A stretch of 64,000 nt of DNA from an uncultured Bacteroidia bacterium (lineage in GTDB: Bacteria > CAIWAD01 > BS150m-G50). Position 1 is the stretch's first letter. The number at the start of each line of letters is the position of its first letter. A model generated the notes under the pieces. It did no database searches and was not told where the DNA came from. It worked only from the letters and a program-made list of their open reading frames with translations. The stretch is taken from contig CAZCRT010000003.1 of assembly GCA_964501185.1 (NCBI GenBank), forward strand, positions 24,752 to 88,751. Direction: 5' to 3'. Positions 54,884 to 62,197 of this stretch are shown one piece after another. The position numbers and the translations under genes were made by a program.

Positions 54884-56458
54884 CTACTGAAGCGATGCCC
54901 TTGAAATCAGACTACTGGCGGTCATTTCTTCCGGCACATCCAATCCCAGAAGCTCCAGCACAGTGGGGGCTATGTCTGCCAGTTTTCCCCGCCCGGCAAG
55001 CTCCAGGCCGTCATCCTTCATGGAAATGTATATCAAATCTACCGGGTTGACTGTATGACTCGTTCTGGGTGCGTTGCGTTCCCGGTCTATCATCTCCTCT
55101 GCATTGCCGTGATCCGCGGTGACCAGAATATGAGCCCCTCGCTTCAGAAAGCTGTCTACCAGCCGCCCCACATTTTCATCCACCACTTCAATAGCTCGAA
55201 CTGCTGCTTCGTAATCACCGGTATGGCCAACCATATCGCAATTGGCATAATTCACTACGATGAAATCGAAATCCGTCTGTTCGCTGAGCTCCAGCAACTT
55301 ATCTGTTACAATATAAGCTTCCATTTCCGGATGACTGGCAAAGGCTGCCGGGTCAAAACGTCCGGGAATCTCCACCTGCGTCTCACCGGGAAATGGCCTG
55401 GTAGACTTCCCGTTAAAGAAACTGGTCACATGACGAAATTTCTGGGTCTCCGCAATCCGCAGCTGTTTCATGCCGGCCTGTGATACAACCTCCCCGAGGA
55501 GTTTTGTTAATCCTCCGCCTGCGTCTATCGGCTCCATCAGGTAATTTTCAAACTCATCATAATATCGAGTCAGCCCCTGGTAGATCAACTGCGGCCGCCT
55601 GGTTCGTACACCCGGATAAGTTTCCTCAATAAAAGCCTTCGAAAGCTGTATGGCTCTGTCCTGGCGATAGTTTGTATGGAGTATAGAATCACCATTCCGT
55701 ACTCCGGAGTATTCCCCGATTACATGTGGTGGAATGTATTCGTCTACCATTTCTACATCATCAGGCGTCCGATCATCCCGATAAGAAGTCGCAATTGCTG
55801 TATGTACCGCAGGAACCCTGCGACCGATGGCATTTGTAATACAATCATATGCGAAATCTGTCAACTCCCAGTTTTCAGAGCGATCCATAGCGTAGTAGCG
55901 TCCCATCAATGTACCTATCCGGCAGTTGCCGACTTCATCCATCACAGTTGTAAGCTGGTCTATAAAATCACCTGCGCTGCGTGGCGGTGTATCACGGCCG
56001 TCCAGAAAGGCATGAATAATTATCTCGCCTTTCCCGTAGGCGGCACGCGCCTCCCGGATAAACTGATAGAGGTGCTCCTGATGTGCATGCACACCTTCGT
56101 CCTGTATAAGCCCCATGAGATGCAGGCGTGATTTCTGCTCACGCCAGTTGCGAATCAACTGTTGCCAGTTATCTCCATCGAAGAAGTCTCCCGACTGCAG
56201 CGAGTCATCAATCCGCTTCAATTCCTGTATCACAACCCTGCCCGCGCCAATATTCAGATGGCCCACTTCACTTGAACCCTGATAGCCCTCCGGCAAACCT
56301 ACCGCTTCACCGGAACACTCCAACAGGGAACGTGGATATTGTGATTCGTATTTATCGTGATTCGGAGTACCGGCCGACTTAATCGCGTTGCCGTGAGTTT
56401 CATCGCTGATCCCCCAGCCATCTCTTATGATCAGGACCACCTGCTTTTTCATATTCAT
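54884..56458 (-). CDS. gpmI: 2,3-bisphosphoglycerate-independent phosphoglycerate mutase
   Basis: MNMKKQVVLIIRDGWGISDETHGNAIKSAGTPNHDKY... is the iPGM N-terminus and metal site. Start at 56458 with GGGAGAGG RBS; the ORF track extends to 56524. Confidence 0.9.
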   Translation of the reverse strand: MNMKKQVVLIIRDGWGISDETHGNAIKSAGTPNHDKYESQYPRSLLECSGEAVGLPEGYQGSSEVGHLNIGAGRVVIQELKRIDDSLQSGDFFDGDNWQQLIRNWREQKSRLHLMGLIQDEGVHAHQEHLYQFIREARAAYGKGEIIIHAFLDGRDTPPRSAGDFIDQLTTVMDEVGNCRIGTLMGRYYAMDRSENWELTDFAYDCITNAIGRRVPAVHTAIATSYRDDRTPDDVEMVDEYIPPHVIGEYSGVRNGDSILHTNYRQDRAIQLSKAFIEETYPGVRTRRPQLIYQGLTRYYDEFENYLMEPIDAGGGLTKLLGEVVSQAGMKQLRIAETQKFRHVTSFFNGKSTRPFPGETQVEIPGRFDPAAFASHPEMEAYIVTDKLLELSEQTDFDFIVVNYANCDMVGHTGDYEAAVRAIEVVDENVGRLVDSFLKRGAHILVTADHGNAEEMIDRERNAPRTSHTVNPVDLIYISMKDDGLELAGRGKLADIAPTVLELLGLDVPEEMTASSLISRASLQ

Positions 56459-56650
56459 GGACCTCTCCCGTTCCTGCACCTGCTTCGTTGCTTCCATCTG
56501 ACCTCTTCCGGTTTGAAGCATCACCTCAGCTTATGTGAGCAATTTACCACAGGATAATTGTCGCTCCAATCATCACATTTGTTTTCCATGCACTGGAGCC
56601 GGGCGAAATATATATTGAGAGTTACAAAATCACAATCCAGCAGGTGTGTC

Positions 56651-59329
56651 ATGCGATCGTTCTTCTCTCTGTTACTATCGGTGATCCTGTCATTATCGGC
56701 AGCAGGCGGACAGTTGTTACCTGATTCTCTTATCTGCTTCATTGATTCAGCCTGTGCTGAAGCGGGTCTTACTATCCGGGAACTCGGGTTTGAAAAGAAA
56801 TGGGTGGAAGATGACACTTTCCGTCTGGCTCTTATCGATCAGATTCTGGATGAACCGTTGTCGCTGGCTTCTACCGGTGATCAGTTCAACCGTGTGTTTT
56901 CAGACAGCCTCACTCCGGGTCAGTATCTGCCCACACTAACCGACATGCTCGGTTTACCAGTTAACCAGCTCACCTCGCCCCCTGTACCGGTCAGCCTTAA
57001 TACGTTCTCAAAACAACCATCTCTTCCATCCGGAGTGCCCCGGGAAAACAACTGCCCGCAATCTGAATTACCACCAGGTATGAATCTGTTTCTCAGCCAT
57101 GTTGCTCACGCCGACAGCCTGTTGGCGCTTTTCTACAATCAGCTTTCAGTAGAGGACCGCCGTCACATACTATACCAGTCTGTCGCCACCTGGAGTGAAG
57201 AAAACGGTGAGAATTACGAGGGTTTACTCTATTCACCTCCTCCAGAAAGGGACTCGCTTTATGCTGATGTCGGATATGACCGGCTCTATGATATTGCAGC
57301 ACGCACTGACCTGACTCCACTGTTTCAGGCATTTCAGCACTGTGTCAGCGGTGTGGAAGCTATCAGTCGTGATCCGGGTGATTATGAAACACCCTGTCGC
57401 TACAGTACGCCCTGGGGCAGTATCCGGGTAGGTTCTTTTACTGACGATCGCCACACAGAACAGGACTACCTGCTGTTGATAGATCCCGGTGGCAATGATT
57501 GCTATTCTGATGGAATGCCACGCGCAGTAGGTGATGAGACACATCCGGCCATGCAATTCTGTATTGATCTCTCCGGCGATGACCTGTATCACGCTGCCGG
57601 TACAGCTGTCAGCCAGGGTTCGGCAGTTCTTGGAATTGCCATTCTCAGTGATCTCGATGGACGTGACACATACCTGGCTGACATGCACACACAGGGAAGC
57701 GGGCTCTTCGGCGGTGGACTGTTGTTCGATGGTGGTGGTGACGATAGCTACCGGGCTGATTACTTCGCACAGGGCGCCGCACACTTCGGAATCGGGTTGC
57801 TTTTCGATGATGAGGGTGACGATTTGTATCACGCTGCAGCCTGGTGCCAGGGTATGGGGGGCACCTTTGGCAGTGGTACGCTGGTAGACCGCCGGGGTGA
57901 TGATCGTTACAGCGCGGGTGGCGCCTACCTGCACAAGCCTCTGAGGCCACAGGACTATCGCTCCTTCGCTCAGGGTTTCGCCATGGGTTATCGTGATCGT
58001 GCCGGTGGTGGAATCGGTCTTTTGATCGACGGCGATGGTAATGACTTCTACAACGCGGAAATTTATGCACAGGGGTGCAGCTACTGGTACTCGCTGGGCA
58101 TACTGATCGATCAACATGGCAATGATCACTATCAGGCCACCCAGTACGCACAGGGAGCAGGTATACACCTCTCCTGTGGCCTGCTGGCAGATTGCGCCGG
58201 CGATGACCATTATTATTCACGCTTCGGGCCATCACAGGGAACGGGCCACGACTACAGTGTCGGTATGCTGCTGGACAGGCAGGGTGATGACAACTACCAG
58301 GTTTCAGGTGGTATCGGAGTTTCTCTGACAAATTCTTTTGGTATGCTGCTGGATGGTAGCGGCAATGATATGTACAGTTTCAGTGAGGTCTGGGGGCTGG
58401 GTGGCGTGCGTCACGGCCGCGGGTATGCAGGTGCCGCCCTGTTTCTCGATCTGGGCGGGGTGGATGTTTATCCGGCCGCATCTCCCGCAGGTAATGACAC
58501 ACTATGGCATCAACACGATTATGGTATAGGCTGGGACCGGCAGGAAAGCGGTACCCCGGGCGCTACATCCAGCCAACCTGCGGCCGACTCGCTGCAGAAC
58601 GGAAAGACTATGCCTCTCGATTCCCTCTGGAACATAGCGGCGGAATGGGGTGTAGGAGAAAACCGGGTTCGTGTACCACAGGCGCGTAGAGCGCTGGCGG
58701 CCCGGGTTGATTCAGTAGTACCTTTTCTGCGGGAGGAGCGAAAACTGGACAGCACCTCCGGGCTGGTGCGCCGTGCTCTGAAGGTGATCGTAGATGCTGA
58801 ACCGGATGCCATGGCTCCGCTTCTGCTTGAGACACTGACAGACAGCTCCCGGGATGCTCGTATTCAGGCGTTGGGATTACTGGCTGATACCTTGTTTGTG
58901 ACACATGCCACCAGAGTTGCGACCAGAATAGACTCACTAAGCGGTCGGGAACTTCGAACTTCACTACTCACCCTGGGGACCATGCGCAGTCTGAAACACC
59001 TCCCTCTGATCGCAGGCTATCTGGATTCTGAACAGGAACGTTTACGACTTACAGCTGTACGCGCTCTTGCCGCAACAGGTAGCGAAGAAGCTTTGCCGTA
59101 TTTGATAATGGGACTTTATGACCCCATGTTTACTGTTCGCTCAGGTGTGATCGATCGATTGGGGCGTTTTCCACTCAGGAACATCCTGGGGGAGCTTCCA
59201 CCGGATGTGCCACAATATGAGCAACGGCTTGTGCTGGAGAAATGCCTGTTGCGTGCAGAAGATGAAGGTGGGTGGTGGATGAGATGGCGGATCAGAAAAC
59301 GGCTGCGGGCACTGGGTGGAGGGGCATAG
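56651..59329 (+). CDS. secreted repeat protein: ~11 Gly/Asp-rich 28-aa repeats plus C-terminal HEAT/PBS-lyase-like repeats
   Basis: Signal peptide MRSFFSLLLSVILSLSAAGG. Repeats with consensus GDDxYxAxxxAQGxGxxxGxGLLxDxxG (e.g. GNDFYNAEIYAQGCSYWYSLGILIDQHGNDHYQATQYAQGAG...). C-terminus ...ARIQALGLLAD...LTAVRALAATGSEEALPYLIMGLYDPMFTVRSGVIDRLG is HEAT-like. The ORF-track start at 56558 is TTG and less likely. Confidence 0.6.
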   Translation: MRSFFSLLLSVILSLSAAGGQLLPDSLICFIDSACAEAGLTIRELGFEKKWVEDDTFRLALIDQILDEPLSLASTGDQFNRVFSDSLTPGQYLPTLTDMLGLPVNQLTSPPVPVSLNTFSKQPSLPSGVPRENNCPQSELPPGMNLFLSHVAHADSLLALFYNQLSVEDRRHILYQSVATWSEENGENYEGLLYSPPPERDSLYADVGYDRLYDIAARTDLTPLFQAFQHCVSGVEAISRDPGDYETPCRYSTPWGSIRVGSFTDDRHTEQDYLLLIDPGGNDCYSDGMPRAVGDETHPAMQFCIDLSGDDLYHAAGTAVSQGSAVLGIAILSDLDGRDTYLADMHTQGSGLFGGGLLFDGGGDDSYRADYFAQGAAHFGIGLLFDDEGDDLYHAAAWCQGMGGTFGSGTLVDRRGDDRYSAGGAYLHKPLRPQDYRSFAQGFAMGYRDRAGGGIGLLIDGDGNDFYNAEIYAQGCSYWYSLGILIDQHGNDHYQATQYAQGAGIHLSCGLLADCAGDDHYYSRFGPSQGTGHDYSVGMLLDRQGDDNYQVSGGIGVSLTNSFGMLLDGSGNDMYSFSEVWGLGGVRHGRGYAGAALFLDLGGVDVYPAASPAGNDTLWHQHDYGIGWDRQESGTPGATSSQPAADSLQNGKTMPLDSLWNIAAEWGVGENRVRVPQARRALAARVDSVVPFLREERKLDSTSGLVRRALKVIVDAEPDAMAPLLLETLTDSSRDARIQALGLLADTLFVTHATRVATRIDSLSGRELRTSLLTLGTMRSLKHLPLIAGYLDSEQERLRLTAVRALAATGSEEALPYLIMGLYDPMFTVRSGVIDRLGRFPLRNILGELPPDVPQYEQRLVLEKCLLRAEDEGGWWMRWRIRKRLRALGGGA

Positions 59330-60323
59330 TTTACTAACGATTAAGAAACAGGATTCGGCTCAATGAGTCAAAGTACATAGTACTCTTAGATTCGTGAACA
59401 AATTTATTGATTAACAACTACACGGATTGGATTGGCAGTTGAATCTTCAACATCCCGGCCTACAGCATCTTGGAAGTCGCTTTCAGACCAGAACGCTTCT
59501 CTTGTACTCTCCTGCACAAACTCTATGTCGGCGCGCTGAGTGCAATACTCGATAACCTGCTCCGGATACTGGTGCTCAAATATCCTGAATGCTTTCGGCG
59601 TTCCAAGCCCTAACCTGTCCTTTAGATACCTTCTCCCAATTTTGTATTCTAGCCTTGTGTAGTTGTATGATGCAAAACGATGGTCATCAAGATGGTTTGG
59701 AGCATATCTCTTGTCGTAGACAGACAACCGGAGACCAGATTTACCGCGCTTGCCGATGACATATCCCGTCATATTTAAAAGCTTAGGTTCTCCAATATAC
59801 CAAACAGTCTCCTCAAGTAAGTCGCTAGATTTATGCATGCTAAACTCATGGGTGTTCAGGAAAAGTGGAATGTTGCATGCTAGGTCAATTCTAGATACTG
59901 TCATTTTTGTGAAATCAAAATCGTCTTTGTATGACCCATAGATAGCATTCAGCACATGGTATATCTGTGTTAGATTTTCTGTGAATTCATCAGAATCGAA
60001 ATAAAGCCCCTTAATATGCAGGATCAAGCCCCCATGATGGAAGTGCAAATGAAAGAACGATTCTAGGCTTAAATGGGGCTTGTTTATCATCCGCATCCTA
60101 ATGGTATCGTTGAAGAGCTTATCAATGATGTACTTCTTGACCCTTGATTTAGCCTCCGGATCTTTCATTTCCGCTTTGGCAAATGGAAGCCACAATTGAA
60201 AGTAATCTATGAAGTATTTTCTCATGTCAGTGGTATCTGGTTGTTAACTAACCATTTCTCCGGGGTTCTACCTAACAACGCTTTGATTTTTACAACTGAG
60301 TCCTCGTGGCATCACCTGCTTTT
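59330..60323. mobile_element. ~1 kb low-GC islet carrying an orphan Rep_trans-like gene (possible remnant of an integrated rolling-circle element)
   Basis: Visibly AT-richer than both flanks. A single gene lies between the end of the HEAT-repeat gene (59329) and the dnaG stop (60324). A 13-bp palindrome AGTACATAGTACT lies in the left flank (~59371-59383). Confidence 0.35.
59404..60225 (-). CDS. Rep_trans-family (pT181 RepC / CTXphi RstA-like) rolling-circle replication initiator, orphan
   Basis: ...SRIDLACNIP... resembles the RepC TRLDLAFDF motif. ...YVIGKRGKSGLRLSVYDKRYA... resembles RepC YFGVRDSNRFIRIYNKKQE. ...YNYTRLEYKIGRRYLKD resembles RepC HLWRVEIELKRD. RepC sequence recalled from memory, not searched. 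Confidence 0.55.
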   Translation of the reverse strand: MRKYFIDYFQLWLPFAKAEMKDPEAKSRVKKYIIDKLFNDTIRMRMINKPHLSLESFFHLHFHHGGLILHIKGLYFDSDEFTENLTQIYHVLNAIYGSYKDDFDFTKMTVSRIDLACNIPLFLNTHEFSMHKSSDLLEETVWYIGEPKLLNMTGYVIGKRGKSGLRLSVYDKRYAPNHLDDHRFASYNYTRLEYKIGRRYLKDRLGLGTPKAFRIFEHQYPEQVIEYCTQRADIEFVQESTREAFWSESDFQDAVGRDVEDSTANPIRVVVNQ

Positions 60324-62168
60324 CTAAGTGGCTTTCTTCTTCCCTGTCAACAGCTCTCTGCGCTGTTTATCAAGTTTCTGAATCTGCAGCAGTAGTTCAT
60401 CCCTTTCCTTAGAATTCATTGTTTTATCTTCACGCTTTCTTTCTATCTCCTTTATCTCTTCTCCAATGAAGTGGCCCCTCAGTACTAGCAGCTGATCTCC
60501 GAGTTCATGATGATCGTTTGCTTGCGGTGGTTGATAAAGGATATCCAATAAATACTTCTGGGTTCTTGTTTTCGAGAATTCAGTGTGAATCGTTTCCTCA
60601 TTGATACCATGGTTTTGATTCAACTCCATGAGTTTTATCAACGCATCACGCATCCTTTCATGAAGAAACCATCGTTGTGGCTCTGCCTGCTCTATATCAG
60701 ATCGCAACTCTGGGTTACTCATGTATATCTCAAGAATTCGCGTGGCGGGGATATGCTTCCTGCCTGAAGGAGATACATTATCATCGGAGGATCCGACTTC
60801 TCCTTCTACTGTAGTGGTTTTGGTTCGAACCATTTTTCGTAGATGTTCTGTCAGCTCATCCAGCGGCAAACCTGAAATCCGTTTTAACTGCTGCACGCTC
60901 TGCTGCTGTTCAAACACATCATCAATCTTAATGATGGTTGTTAATAGTGACTTCACAAAATCACTGAACTGCCTCTTGGATGCATCTGGATTTTCTCTAC
61001 GAAAACGATTTATACGCCAATCGAATATGTCCTGCCCGCTTTGCAGCAGATTTTCAAAATCATCTTCACCACGACTCCGAATAAACGAATCCGGGTCCTC
61101 ACCTGATGGCAATTGTACAACGGTTACTTCCAGCCCGGCTGTCAGCATTAAATCAGCCCCCCGGGAAGCAGCGTCACTACCGGCAACATCAGCGTCATAA
61201 AGCAGTGTCACCCTGTCGGTGTAGCGCTTGAGTAGAAAGGCCTGCTCGCGAGTCAGCGCAGTTCCCATGGAAGCGACCGCATTGCGCACATCAAACTGGT
61301 AGAGGGCAATCACATCCATGTACCCTTCCACCATCAGTGCGAAACCAGCTTTGCGAATTCCTCCCCGGTTCTGGTACAACCCGTAAAGTTCCCGGCTTTT
61401 GTGATACAGAGGATGTTCGGCTGAGTTTATGTACTTCGGCGCATTGTCATCAGCACCGGGCAACACCCTCCCCCCGAAAGCAATTACTTTTCCTGACAGG
61501 TTCACCAGTGGAAACATCAGCCGGTCACGAAAAACATCATAAAGCGTATCACGCTTGCTGCGCGCGAACAGCATTGATTTAAGCAGCAGCTGTTCACCGA
61601 ACTTATCCTGACGAACTCGCTTGAGGAGGCCGTCCCACCCGGCGGGTGCCAGCCCGATCTGAAAATCCGCCAGTGTGGCGTCATCTATACCACGTCCACG
61701 GACATAATCAGCAGTGTTGTTTTCTGATTTGCCGCTTTCATCGCTGTCACCTGTATCATCTGCACTCATCACCCCCTGCAATTGCTCGCTGTAGAACCGT
61801 CCCGCCAGGGCGTAGAGATTTCGCAGCAGTTCCTTTTCTCCGCGTTGCTCCGGTGATGGCCCCTGTCCACGCTGATAGCGAACCGTTACACCAGCCTGCC
61901 CGGCAAGAAACTCTATTGCCTCAGGATAACTCATCCCTTCGTATTGCATCACAAAACTGAAAACGTCGCCGGAAGCGCCACAGCCGAAGCACTTGAATAT
62001 CCGCTTGTCCGGGGACACCATGAATGAGGGGGTTTTTTCCTCGTGGAAGGGGCAGCGCCCCTTGAGGTTGGAGCCGGAGCGCTTTAACTCGAGATAGCGC
62101 GATATCAACTGACCGATGTCCAGCTGCTCTCTTATCTGATCGATGACTTCCGATTCTATGTACGGCAT
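60324..62168 (-). CDS. dnaG: DNA primase
   Basis: N-terminal zinc ribbon (CPFHEEKTPSF...CFGCGASGD), TOPRIM region (...LMVEGYMDVIAL...), 614 aa. Confidence 0.95.
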   Translation of the reverse strand: MPYIESEVIDQIREQLDIGQLISRYLELKRSGSNLKGRCPFHEEKTPSFMVSPDKRIFKCFGCGASGDVFSFVMQYEGMSYPEAIEFLAGQAGVTVRYQRGQGPSPEQRGEKELLRNLYALAGRFYSEQLQGVMSADDTGDSDESGKSENNTADYVRGRGIDDATLADFQIGLAPAGWDGLLKRVRQDKFGEQLLLKSMLFARSKRDTLYDVFRDRLMFPLVNLSGKVIAFGGRVLPGADDNAPKYINSAEHPLYHKSRELYGLYQNRGGIRKAGFALMVEGYMDVIALYQFDVRNAVASMGTALTREQAFLLKRYTDRVTLLYDADVAGSDAASRGADLMLTAGLEVTVVQLPSGEDPDSFIRSRGEDDFENLLQSGQDIFDWRINRFRRENPDASKRQFSDFVKSLLTTIIKIDDVFEQQQSVQQLKRISGLPLDELTEHLRKMVRTKTTTVEGEVGSSDDNVSPSGRKHIPATRILEIYMSNPELRSDIEQAEPQRWFLHERMRDALIKLMELNQNHGINEETIHTEFSKTRTQKYLLDILYQPPQANDHHELGDQLLVLRGHFIGEEIKEIERKREDKTMNSKERDELLLQIQKLDKQRRELLTGKKKAT

Positions 62169-62197
62169 TTATTTTTCATCTCTCATATACTATTTCA

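Noticed and set aside
56558-56650. Longer TTG-initiated N-terminus for the repeat/HEAT protein
   Set aside because: The ATG at 56651 starts a textbook signal peptide (MRSFFSLLLSVILSLSAAGG). The upstream extension would bury it.
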